64,000 bases of DNA from Geopsychrobacteraceae bacterium. Its GTDB lineage: Bacteria; Desulfobacterota; Desulfuromonadia; Desulfuromonadales; Geopsychrobacteraceae. The DNA lies in the NCBI GenBank assembly GCA_963662315.1, contig OY759353.1, positions 1,632,001 through 1,696,000 on the forward strand. The letters run 5' to 3'. How positions within the stretch are numbered: the first letter of the stretch is position 1; every line of letters begins with the position of its first letter. Positions 50,953-60,351 of this stretch are shown here, piece after piece. A model generated the notes under the pieces. That model searched no databases. It was not told where the DNA came from and worked only from the letters and a program-made list of their open reading frames with translations. A program made the translations under genes and the position numbers.

Positions 50953-52365
50953 ATGTCAGATAATAGCTATGACTTAATCGTTCTCGGAGCTGGGCCCGGT
51001 GGCTATGTTGCGGCCATCAGGGCTGCTCAGCTCGGGTTTAAGGTTGTCGTTGTTGAAAAACGGGCAACCCTTGGCGGAGTCTGTCTGAATGAGGGATGTA
51101 TCCCAAGTAAGGCTCTGCTTGAATCGAGTGAACACGTCGCTGCAGCCAGGCATGAATTCGCCGAGCACGGTATCAGCGTCGGTGATGTCACATTTGACCT
51201 GACCAAAATGATGGCGCGGAAGGACGACATTATCAGCAAACTGACGGGCGGTATTGCCGGCCTGTTCAAGAAAAACAAAATCTCTACACTTACTGGCACG
51301 GCAAAATTGCTTGCCAGCAGCACAGCGAATAAAAAAGTTGAGGTTTCAGGCCCGGACGGAACGCTGGAAATTTCAGCGCAGGCCGTCTTGTTGGCGACCG
51401 GAAGCGAAGCCTTTGAACTGCCTCATCTCCCCTTTGACGGTGAATACGTCATTAATGCCCGTGATGCCCTGAGCCTGAAAGAGGTTCCAGAGCACCTGCT
51501 GGTTGTTGGTGGTGGTGTTATCGGCCTGGAGATGGGGTCGGTCTGGAGCCGCCTGGGGGCCAAGGTGACGGTGGTAGAAATGCTCCCTCAGATCATTCCG
51601 ACAGCCGATGCACAGATTGCCCAAACCCTGCAGCACAGTCTGAAAAAACAGGGGATTGAAATTCTGACCAAAACCAAGCTAGAAAAAATGGAAAAAACCG
51701 ACACCGGGCTGGTTGCCACCATCAGTAATGACAAAGACAAAGAAACCATCTCCTGCGACAAAATTCTTGTTGCCACCGGACGCCGAGCCCAGACGGCCGG
51801 ACTGGGTCTGGAAGCCGTCGGCCTCGAACCAAACCGTCAGGGACAACTTGAAGTCGATGAGAATTATCAGACCAAGGTGGCCGGTATCTATGCCATCGGC
51901 GACCTGGTTCCCGGCCCGATGCTGGCCCACAAAGCCAGTGAAGAAGGGGTGGTGTTTGCCGAGCGACTGGCGGGCCAGAAATCGAAAGTTCATTACAACA
52001 CGGTGCCTGCCGTCACCTACACTTCTCCAGAAGTTGCCCAGGTTGGCTACAGTGAAAATGACCTGAAAGAAAAGGATATTCCGTTCAAAACAGGTAAATT
52101 CTTTTTCTCAGCCAATGGCCGCGCTCTGTGCACCGGCATGAGTGACGGTTTTGTCAAGGTCCTGGCTGACCCTGACTCAGGACGTATTCATGGGGTCCAT
52201 ATCATTGGACCTCACGCGTCAGAACTGATCGCCGAAGCGGCGACAGTTATCTCTTTTGCCGGCAGCATTCATGACCTGGCGGTGACCTGCCATGCCCACC
52301 CGACACTTGCCGAAGCAATTAAAGAGGCAGCTCTGGCAGTAAACAAAGAAGCGATTCACGCCTGA
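50953..52365 (+). CDS. lpdA: Dihydrolipoyl dehydrogenase E3
   Basis: GAGPGG, GGVCLNEGCIPSK, LAHKA, HPTLAE. Confidence 0.96.
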   Translation: MSDNSYDLIVLGAGPGGYVAAIRAAQLGFKVVVVEKRATLGGVCLNEGCIPSKALLESSEHVAAARHEFAEHGISVGDVTFDLTKMMARKDDIISKLTGGIAGLFKKNKISTLTGTAKLLASSTANKKVEVSGPDGTLEISAQAVLLATGSEAFELPHLPFDGEYVINARDALSLKEVPEHLLVVGGGVIGLEMGSVWSRLGAKVTVVEMLPQIIPTADAQIAQTLQHSLKKQGIEILTKTKLEKMEKTDTGLVATISNDKDKETISCDKILVATGRRAQTAGLGLEAVGLEPNRQGQLEVDENYQTKVAGIYAIGDLVPGPMLAHKASEEGVVFAERLAGQKSKVHYNTVPAVTYTSPEVAQVGYSENDLKEKDIPFKTGKFFFSANGRALCTGMSDGFVKVLADPDSGRIHGVHIIGPHASELIAEAATVISFAGSIHDLAVTCHAHPTLAEAIKEAALAVNKEAIHA

Positions 52366-52410
52366 GTCCTTGACAAACAAAAACGTACGACAGACAATTG
52401 GCTTCATTAT

Positions 52411-52440
52411 TCAGGGCAGCACCTCGCTGCCCTGATTTGT
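52411..52440 (+). terminator. Terminator after lpdA
   Basis: tcagggcagc-acctc-gctgccctga followed by tttgt. Confidence 0.7.
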
Positions 52441-52512
52441 TGCAGCAGGTATATTTCAAAATTGTGCAACCAATTGTAAAGTCATCTGTTCATTAATTCA
52501 TGGAGTTACGTT

Positions 52513-53811
52513 TTGAAGTCACTGAAAAAACTATTTTTGCTGATTATCGTTGTCACCATCTGCACCGGGGGATTTTTCTACTTTCGAGACACTGAAGGCC
52601 CGCAATTCACCTTGACCCCTGGCACAGGTCCAATCTCCCAAAAGACCAAGCTGTTACTCTCCCTGCAGGATTCAGGGATGGGACTGAAAAACGCCAAAGT
52701 CACCATTATTCAGGGGAACAGCAGCAACACCCTGGTCCAACGTGACTTTCCGGTTCCCGTTCCAAGCACGGATCTAGAAATTGATCTGAGTTCTCTCAAA
52801 CTGAATGAAGGCGGAATCCAGATTGAGATTGCAGCTACCGACGGAGCCATCTATCACTTCGGTCAAGGCAATGTCACTGTTCAGACCTTCAATATGACTT
52901 ATGACAGTCGGCCACCGATTATTTCTGTATTGAGCAAAGCCCACAACTTCACCAAGGGTGGGAGCGGTCTGGTGACGTTTACCGCCAACGAAGAAATACA
53001 AAATGCCGGCGTCCAGTTTGGCAATCTCTTTTTCCCGGCGTATCAACAGGCTTCCGGGAATTACGCCTGCCTGTTCCCCTACCCCTATTTCAGCACCAGC
53101 AAAGAGTTTGTCCCCCGGGTGGTTGCCAGTGATTTAGCAGGTAATGAGCGCCAGACGGGTATTTATTACCACACCAACAACAAAAAATTCCGCGATCGCA
53201 GAATCAATATTTCAAAATCATTTCTCGACATGAAAACTCCGGAGTTTGAAGCTCTGGCACCCAACGCCCAAACGCCTCTGGATATCTTCCTTTATGTCAA
53301 CCGTGAAGTGCGCAAGGCCAACCGGGCAAAAATGGCTGAATTGTCCAAACAAACATCCCCGACACCTTTATGGCAGGGGAGCTTTATGCGCCAACCAAAA
53401 GCTGCTCCACTGGCCCAGTTTGCTGACCACCGGGACTATTATTATGAAGGCAAGAAAATTGATGAAGCCTATCACCTTGGCTTCGATCTGGCCTCTGTCG
53501 CCCAGGCTGAAATTTTTGCCAGCAATACAGGTAAAGTCGTTTGGGCGGAGTATCTTGGCATTTACGGTCTGTGTGTTGTTATCGACCATGGATTGGGACT
53601 GCAAACCCTTTATGCCCACATGAGCCAATTAACTGTTCAAGCGGGAGACAATGTTGTCCGTGGTCAGACGATCGGCCACAGTGGTGCCACCGGTATGGCT
53701 GGTGGAGATCACCTGCACTTTGGCGTATTCTTGGCCGGCGTACCGGTACAACCGGTTGAGTGGTGGGACCAGAGTTGGCTGGACAACAATATTGACAGCA
53801 AACTTAAGTAA
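52513..53811 (+). CDS. M23 family metallopeptidase (membrane-anchored)
   Basis: HLGFD, YAHM, GHSGATG, HLHF. Confidence 0.9.
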   Translation: MKSLKKLFLLIIVVTICTGGFFYFRDTEGPQFTLTPGTGPISQKTKLLLSLQDSGMGLKNAKVTIIQGNSSNTLVQRDFPVPVPSTDLEIDLSSLKLNEGGIQIEIAATDGAIYHFGQGNVTVQTFNMTYDSRPPIISVLSKAHNFTKGGSGLVTFTANEEIQNAGVQFGNLFFPAYQQASGNYACLFPYPYFSTSKEFVPRVVASDLAGNERQTGIYYHTNNKKFRDRRINISKSFLDMKTPEFEALAPNAQTPLDIFLYVNREVRKANRAKMAELSKQTSPTPLWQGSFMRQPKAAPLAQFADHRDYYYEGKKIDEAYHLGFDLASVAQAEIFASNTGKVVWAEYLGIYGLCVVIDHGLGLQTLYAHMSQLTVQAGDNVVRGQTIGHSGATGMAGGDHLHFGVFLAGVPVQPVEWWDQSWLDNNIDSKLK

Positions 53812-53907
53812 AGCTCGTTAATTCAGTCCTGCTTGACAGGCTTCAGACGCTGAGCTAAATATCGTATTTAAAACCTAAATTCCGAGTTTCCAAGAAAGGT
53901 GTCATTG

Positions 53908-54984
53908 ATGAAAAAAGCTATCGTGTTAATGTTGATTGGATTGGCTTTTTGCTTAAGCAGTCAGGCCTTTGCCGGCAAACCTGCAGAAAAGATCAAGGCA
54001 GGATTCATTTACGTTGGGCCAGTCGGTGACGCCGGCTGGACTTACGCCCATGACCAGGGTCGTCAGGCCATGGAAAAGCTGCCTTACGTTGAACCATCTA
54101 CCTTTATTGAATCAGTTCCAGAAGGAGCAGAATCAACGCGCGTTATCAGAGGGCTGGTGAACCGCGGCCATAACGTGATTTTTACCACCAGTTTTGGATA
54201 CATGGATGCAACAATCGATGTAGCCAAACGTTTCCCTGAAGTTGTTTTCATGCATTGTTCCGGCTTTAAAACCGCTGACAACGTTGGCACCTACTTTGGC
54301 AGAATGTATGAACCACGCTACCTGTCAGGTATTGTAGCCGGTGAAATGACCAAAAAGAATATCATCGGCTATGTTGCCGCCTTCCCGATTCCGGAAGTTA
54401 TTCGCGGGATCAATGCTTTTACCTTGGGCGTCCGCAGCGTCAACCCAAATGCAGAGGTTCGTGTTGTCTGGACCCAGACCTGGTTTGATCCGGCAATAGA
54501 AAGAGATGCGGCTGACAGTCTGCTGGATGTAGGCGCCGACATTCTGACCATGCATCAGGATGCCCCAGCAACCCTGCAAGCCGCTGAAGCACGCGGGGCC
54601 TACGTCATTGGCTATGACACCGATATGCGCAGCTTTGCGCCGAACTCTTTCCTGACCGCCCCGGTCTGGAACTGGGCTGCTCTCTACACCAAGATTGCAG
54701 AAGAAGTTCACAACGGCACCTGGAAATCAGAGCAGATCTGGGATGGCATGAAACAGAACCTGGTTGGTCTGGCAGAATTCAGTGACAAAGTTCCAGCCAA
54801 GACTAAAGCAGATGTTGAAAAAAAAGCAGCTGAAATTATTGCTGGCACCCTACACCCCTTCGGCGGTCCACTGAGGGATCAATCCGGCAAAGAGATTGTC
54901 CCCGTCGGACAGGTTCTAAGTGATGGAGACCTCCTTGGTATGAATTTCTTTGTAGAAGGTGTACAAGGGACAATTCCCAACTAG
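53908..54984 (+). CDS. BMP-family ABC substrate-binding protein (purine nucleoside-type)
   Basis: GFIYVGPVGDAGWTYAHDQGR, TSFGY, PIPEVIRGINAF, WFDP. Confidence 0.9.
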   Translation: MKKAIVLMLIGLAFCLSSQAFAGKPAEKIKAGFIYVGPVGDAGWTYAHDQGRQAMEKLPYVEPSTFIESVPEGAESTRVIRGLVNRGHNVIFTTSFGYMDATIDVAKRFPEVVFMHCSGFKTADNVGTYFGRMYEPRYLSGIVAGEMTKKNIIGYVAAFPIPEVIRGINAFTLGVRSVNPNAEVRVVWTQTWFDPAIERDAADSLLDVGADILTMHQDAPATLQAAEARGAYVIGYDTDMRSFAPNSFLTAPVWNWAALYTKIAEEVHNGTWKSEQIWDGMKQNLVGLAEFSDKVPAKTKADVEKKAAEIIAGTLHPFGGPLRDQSGKEIVPVGQVLSDGDLLGMNFFVEGVQGTIPN

Positions 54985-55107
54985 TGTCGAAGCTGAAGAC
55001 ATCCAGCAACAACCTGCTGTACTCAACAGTTTAACGAACCACCTTCGGGTATCAGCGGCATGACTACACATCTCTGCAGCCATGCCGCTGAAGCCACACA
55101 CTTCAGC

Positions 55108-56625
55108 ATGAGTCATCTTCTTAAAATCAATAATATTCGTAAAACCTTTCCTGGGGTCATTGCACTTGATAACGTTTCGTTCAGTGTCATGCCCGGAGAA
55201 ATTCATACTTTGTTGGGAGAAAACGGTGCCGGAAAAAGTACCCTGATGAATGTCCTGACCGGCCTCTATCATCCTGATCGTGGCGATATCGAGTTTTCCG
55301 GTGCAAAAGTTCACTTTACCAGCCCGAGAGATTCCATGGCCTGTGGTATCGGCATGGTTCACCAGCACTTCATGCTGGTTCCTGCTCATTCGGTATTTGA
55401 AAATATCCTGCTCGCCTTGGATGGTGTCCCGAACTTCTATAATCGCAAAGCATACAAGCAAAAGATTGCGGTTTTGATCAAAGAATTTGAACTTGACCTC
55501 GATCTGGATACGCCGGTCTGGAAGCTCTCTATCGGTGCCCAGCAGTGGATTGAGTTGATCAAGTTGCTGATGCGTGATTGTCGGTTATTAATTCTGGATG
55601 AACCAACTGCGGTGTTGACTCCACAGGAGGCTGATCGCCTGTTTACAGTGCTCGCAAAACTGAAAGAGCGGGGGAAAAGTATTATTTTTATTTCTCATAA
55701 AATGCGTGAAGTTATGGAAATCTCGGATCGCGTTACCATCCTCAAAAAGGGTTGCAGCGTGGCAACCTTGTGCCGAGGAGACTTTGATGAAAATCGCCTG
55801 GCTGCGTTGATGATCGGGGAAGACAAGATTCCGGAATGGCAGAAAAACCTGCAGATGTCCGATGAAATCGTCCTTAAAATCAGCAAACTAAGCGTTCGCA
55901 ATGATCGTGGCCTGGCCGACCTTGATGGCTTTGATCTGGAGTTGAAAGCAGGGGAAATCCTTGGCGTCGCTGGCGTCGCTGGCAATGGCCAGAAAGCCCT
56001 GGCTGAAGTTCTGACGGGGCTGAAGAACGCATCCTCTGGAAGGATTTATGCCGGCAGTGAAGACATCACCAACAGTGACGCGCGCTATTCCTATGTGGCC
56101 GGGATTGCCCACATTCCTGAGGATCGCAAAGCAATCGGCATTGCACCCGATATGAGCGTTGATGAAAACCTGATTATGAAGAGCTTTAAAAACGGTTCTT
56201 TCCGTACCTGGATCTTTCAGGACCGCAAAGCAATCCGCCGTAATGCCGCAGAAAAAATTGAACAGTTTGCCATTAAAGCAGGTCCAGACGGCACTCCGGT
56301 ACGTTATTTGTCTGGAGGCAATATTCAGAAAGTCATTATTGCCCGTGAACTCTCGGAAGATCCTAAAGTTTTGGTCGCCCTCTATCCAACCAGAGGCCTT
56401 GATATCGGCAGCGCAGAATACGTGCATAAAGTCATCGCCGATGGCTGTGGCCGGGGCATGAGTACCATTCTTATTTCTGAAGATCTCGATGAATTACTGA
56501 AACTCAGTGACCGCATCGCGGTCATGTTTCGTGGCCGCCTCATCGGTTACGTCGATCCACGCCACACCAGCAGGGAGGAAATCGGCCTGATGATGAGCGG
56601 TGAACAGCAGGAGCATTTGGCATGA
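55108..56625 (+). CDS. ABC transporter ATP-binding protein (two ABC domains, nucleoside type)
   Basis: GENGAGKST, DEPTAVLTPQE, LSGGNIQK, PTRGLD; start could be 55060. Confidence 0.92.
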   Translation: MSHLLKINNIRKTFPGVIALDNVSFSVMPGEIHTLLGENGAGKSTLMNVLTGLYHPDRGDIEFSGAKVHFTSPRDSMACGIGMVHQHFMLVPAHSVFENILLALDGVPNFYNRKAYKQKIAVLIKEFELDLDLDTPVWKLSIGAQQWIELIKLLMRDCRLLILDEPTAVLTPQEADRLFTVLAKLKERGKSIIFISHKMREVMEISDRVTILKKGCSVATLCRGDFDENRLAALMIGEDKIPEWQKNLQMSDEIVLKISKLSVRNDRGLADLDGFDLELKAGEILGVAGVAGNGQKALAEVLTGLKNASSGRIYAGSEDITNSDARYSYVAGIAHIPEDRKAIGIAPDMSVDENLIMKSFKNGSFRTWIFQDRKAIRRNAAEKIEQFAIKAGPDGTPVRYLSGGNIQKVIIARELSEDPKVLVALYPTRGLDIGSAEYVHKVIADGCGRGMSTILISEDLDELLKLSDRIAVMFRGRLIGYVDPRHTSREEIGLMMSGEQQEHLA

Positions 56626-57692
56626 AATTCGTCATTGAACGGCGTGAAATTTCATCGCCATTATTCCGCTTCAGTGCCCCCCTTGTTTCCATTGCTGTCG
56701 CATTGTTTATCGCCGGTTTCTTGCTTCTGGCCGGACATATCAATCCTCTCGAAGCATACCGGGAAATCATTTTTGAAGCCCTCGGTACAACATATGGTCT
56801 TTCCGAGACCTTAGTTAAAACCACGCCGTTAATCTTTGCCGGCCTGGGTGTCAGTGTCGCCTTCCGCATGCAGATCTGGAATATCGGCGCCGAAGGGCAA
56901 CTTTACATGGGAGCAATGGGGGCAACCTGGGTCGCCCTGTTTTCAGGTATTCAGAATCACTGGCTCATGCTTGCTGCCATGTTTATTGTCGCTTTCTTTG
57001 CAGGAGGTCTATGGGCCGGAGTTGCCGGATTTTTACGGGCACGCTGGCAAGTCAACGAAGTTATCGTCACATTACTGATGAACTACATTGCCATTCTCTG
57101 GGTTGACTACCTGGTCTATGGTCCCTGGAAAGACCCTAAAGGGTTTAATTTTCCATTGACGGCCCAGTTTACCGACAGTGCCCGTCTGGCTGAATATTTT
57201 AACACCCGGCTTCATAGTGGTTTTTTTGTTGCGCTGTTTTGTGCACTGCTTCTCTACCTTTTTATGGAACGTACCGTCTGGGGCTATGAAATCAAGGTGA
57301 TCGGCAGCAATCCTAAAGCCGCACAATACGCTGGCATGAGAACCGGTGTTGCCATCTTTACCGTGCTGTTTTTAAGTGGCGCTATTGCCGGTCTGGCAGG
57401 ATTCAGCGAAGTTGCCGGCCTACAGCATCGCCTGCAGCATGGCATTTCCCCTGGCTACGGCTATACGGCAATTATCGTCGCCTGGCTGGCGAAACGCAGT
57501 GCTATCGGTGTTGTCATTGTTTCGTTTTTGATGGGCGTTCTGCTAGTCGGAGGAGACAGCCTGCAGCTCATGTGGCAATTACCAGTTGCCTTTGTCTACG
57601 CCTTTCAGGGCCTCATTCTGTTTTGCCTATTGGCCTCAGATTTTTTTATTATTTATCGCCCACGCCTGATAAGGAGCATCCCCCATGCTTGA
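56622..57692 (+). CDS. ABC transporter permease (nucleoside type)
   Basis: WNIGAEGQ, NEVIVTLLMNY, GYGYTAIIVA. Confidence 0.9.
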   Translation: MKFVIERREISSPLFRFSAPLVSIAVALFIAGFLLLAGHINPLEAYREIIFEALGTTYGLSETLVKTTPLIFAGLGVSVAFRMQIWNIGAEGQLYMGAMGATWVALFSGIQNHWLMLAAMFIVAFFAGGLWAGVAGFLRARWQVNEVIVTLLMNYIAILWVDYLVYGPWKDPKGFNFPLTAQFTDSARLAEYFNTRLHSGFFVALFCALLLYLFMERTVWGYEIKVIGSNPKAAQYAGMRTGVAIFTVLFLSGAIAGLAGFSEVAGLQHRLQHGISPGYGYTAIIVAWLAKRSAIGVVIVSFLMGVLLVGGDSLQLMWQLPVAFVYAFQGLILFCLLASDFFIIYRPRLIRSIPHA

Positions 57693-58605
57693 AATCCTTC
57701 TCGATGCCACCGTCCGAGCGGGTACGCCAATTTTATTTGCAACCCTGGGGGCTATCATCAATGAACGCGCCGGAATTATTAATCTTGGCATCGAAGGGCT
57801 GATGCTCATCGGTGCTTTAGCGGGTTTTTCGGGAACCTTTGTCAGCGGATCATTATTTATCGGTATTATCTGCGCTTTTGCCGCAACCTTTGTTGCTGGA
57901 AGCATTCATGCCTTTATTACGGTACAGTTACGGGGCAACCAGATCGTCAGTGGCCTGGCTTTAACTATGTTCGGCATCGGCATTACCGCGCTGTTCGGCA
58001 AACCAATGGTCGGCCAGACTATTTCAGGCTTTGAGCGGATTGCCATTCCAGGCCTGGCACAGTTGCCGGGAATCGGTAAAGCTCTTTTCAATCAGGACAT
58101 CTTGATCTATCTGAGTTTTGCCCTGGTCTATCTGATCTGGTACTTTTTTTACCGGACCCGCTCCGGATTAGCCTTGCGCACAGTCGGTGAAAATCCTGCA
58201 GCGGCAGATACCTGTGGCGTCTCCGTGACCAAATATCGTTTTTTGGCCGTTACCCTCGGATCTGGGCTGGTCGGTATTGGCGGAGCTTACCTGAGTCTCG
58301 CCAGCACCCCTATGTGGATAGAAAACATGACGGCCGGACGCGGTTGGATTGCTGTGGCCTTAGTCATATTCGCCGGCTGGTCAAGCCCGCGGGCATTATT
58401 CGGAGCTTATCTGTTCGGTGGCATCACAGCCATGCAGTTGCGCTTTCAGGCTATGGGAACTACAATCAGCGCACACATACTACAAATGCTCCCCTATTTT
58501 TTTACCATCGTCGTTCTGGTTATTTCGACATTACGCCTGCAAAAAGGTGCGAGTCAGCAACCGGAAAGTCTTGGCCTGCCATATGATCGAGAGGACCGCA
58601 AATGA
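57685..58605 (+). CDS. ABC transporter permease (nucleoside type)
   Basis: ERAGIINLGIEG, VGENP.AAD, GRGWIAVA, MLPY. Confidence 0.9.
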   Translation: MLEILLDATVRAGTPILFATLGAIINERAGIINLGIEGLMLIGALAGFSGTFVSGSLFIGIICAFAATFVAGSIHAFITVQLRGNQIVSGLALTMFGIGITALFGKPMVGQTISGFERIAIPGLAQLPGIGKALFNQDILIYLSFALVYLIWYFFYRTRSGLALRTVGENPAAADTCGVSVTKYRFLAVTLGSGLVGIGGAYLSLASTPMWIENMTAGRGWIAVALVIFAGWSSPRALFGAYLFGGITAMQLRFQAMGTTISAHILQMLPYFFTIVVLVISTLRLQKGASQQPESLGLPYDREDRK

Positions 58606-59126
58606 CCGTAGCGCAGATATTATTGAACAGAATCAAACAGGATGGATCGATCAACGGTGAAGTGATTAAGGTCGATCGATTTTTGAATCATATGGTTGAT
58701 CCGTGCCTCATGCAGCAGCTTGGCGATGACCTTGCTGCACGTTTTGCCGACCAGCAGATTTCCGTCATCCTGACCGCTGAAACAAGCGGTATTATGCTTG
58801 CTCAGGCAATCGCCCTGCACCTTGGCGTCCCCTTCATTTATGCCAAGAAGAAACGTCCCATCACCATGACTGAATACTTCGCCGCCGCCAGCTACTCCTT
58901 TACCAAACAGGAGTCCACCACTCTTTATGTTTCCAAAGAGGTGCTAACTGCTACAGACCGGGTGTTATTTGTTGATGACTTCTTGGCCAAAGGATCAACG
59001 CACAAGGCCATCAATGAAATCATCAGCCAAGCACAGGCGACCATGGTAGGAACAGCGGTAATTATCAATAAATCGAATCGGCGGGATGTTGAATCTATTT
59101 TAACGCTTGAGGACCTGCAAAGCTGA
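58602..59126 (+). CDS. xpt: Xanthine phosphoribosyltransferase (Bacillus Xpt type)
   Basis: KVDRFLNHMVDP, TAETSGI, YSFTK, PRPP motif VLFVDDFLAKG. Confidence 0.8.
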   Translation: MTVAQILLNRIKQDGSINGEVIKVDRFLNHMVDPCLMQQLGDDLAARFADQQISVILTAETSGIMLAQAIALHLGVPFIYAKKKRPITMTEYFAAASYSFTKQESTTLYVSKEVLTATDRVLFVDDFLAKGSTHKAINEIISQAQATMVGTAVIINKSNRRDVESILTLEDLQS

Positions 59127-59140
59127 GCTGCACCAATAGC

Positions 59141-59166
59141 AAAGGAGCTGCGTTGGCAGCTCCTTT
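59141..59166. terminator. Bidirectional terminator
   Basis: aaaggagctgc-gttg-gcagctccttt between convergent genes. Confidence 0.8.
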
Positions 59167-59190
59167 ATTAGCACCGAAGACCCAACCTGT

Positions 59191-60225
59191 TTATTTTAGC
59201 CCCTTGATAATTGTTGTCATAAAATCACGTTTTTTCTTTAAGTAGGTAGCGGCTTCAGCAGAGGGTTTGAAATTCGGGATAAAAAATGATTCTTTCTGAA
59301 CTTCCTGAATTTTACCTTCAGTAAAGATCTCTTTCAGCACCTTATCCAGATAATTAACAATTTCGTTGCTGATATTCTTGTTGTAGACAAAGAAATATTC
59401 TTTATCAAAGGTAAAATTCGTTTTCCGGTCATAGGGAATCCAGATATATGGCTCCATATACCTCATCAGTTCGTCCCGGCTGGTTTTCCCAAATCCTTGC
59501 GGGTTAGCATGCTGCATCATTTCTGCCCGAGATGTCAACCAGACAAAGCGCATCCCCTGACGATCGTAAACTGGCAATTTGGTAAATTTCTCATTGACCT
59601 GAACAGAGCCGCTAATTAAGTCAGCCTTGCCTTCAAAAAGAGCCTTATTCTTTGTTTTCTGTGCTTGTGCAGCAAAAACGCGAATCAGGTTCCCTTCCCG
59701 TCCTGGATATTTAGCTTTGATGGCATGCTTTAACGCAGTATAGCCAATTTCAGAAACAGTGCCAGGTGTAACCCCCATACGGACCTGAGTACCGGCACCG
59801 CACGCATCGATAACATCATGGATGGACGCGTATGGAGTGCTCTTGGGAACCAGGTAAGCAATTCCAGGATTGATCGCCAGCAAAGGTCCGATACGATAAT
59901 TGCCGAAAAGATCTTTACGATCTTTAACCCCGTAAAGAAAACCAAGGTAGGCCTGATCATTCCCAATCATCAGCGTCTTGCCATCGGCTCCAGACTCTTC
60001 AAGTGCTGCAAACGCCTCAGCTACACCGGGAGAATCAATCGTTATCTTTACACCCAGCTTTTCTTCCAGCGCCTTGGTAACGATCGAAGAGGATTGAAAC
60101 GTATCACCGGTTAATGATGCGGTAATAACTATACGAATATCCCCGTCAATGGGACCTTTGGCCTGAGCGAAAGACAACAGCACCTGGAACAATATAAAAC
60201 AGGTAAAGAGTATACGAACCATCAT
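59191..60225 (-). CDS. Orphan, divergent TctC-like periplasmic substrate-binding protein
   Basis: Signal peptide; GDT, DGKTLM, PKSTPYAS..D resemble TTT/Bug binding proteins. Confidence 0.55.
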   Translation of the reverse strand: MMVRILFTCFILFQVLLSFAQAKGPIDGDIRIVITASLTGDTFQSSSIVTKALEEKLGVKITIDSPGVAEAFAALEESGADGKTLMIGNDQAYLGFLYGVKDRKDLFGNYRIGPLLAINPGIAYLVPKSTPYASIHDVIDACGAGTQVRMGVTPGTVSEIGYTALKHAIKAKYPGREGNLIRVFAAQAQKTKNKALFEGKADLISGSVQVNEKFTKLPVYDRQGMRFVWLTSRAEMMQHANPQGFGKTSRDELMRYMEPYIWIPYDRKTNFTFDKEYFFVYNKNISNEIVNYLDKVLKEIFTEGKIQEVQKESFFIPNFKPSAEAATYLKKKRDFMTTIIKGLK

Positions 60226-60351
60226 TGAATAAACCCCGAGTTAAGTTGATCGAAAAAACGTACTCAATTTACAGTGACGAGAGCTCAGTAACCCGGGACG
60301 TATCATTCTTCATGAGGTTAGTAAACTCTTTACGATTAACCTGGCAAATAG

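Noticed and set aside
46994..52365. 2-oxoglutarate dehydrogenase complex in a probable anaerobe
   Set aside because: sucAB-lpdA with lipA is already known from related Desulfuromonadales/Geobacterales; not novel.
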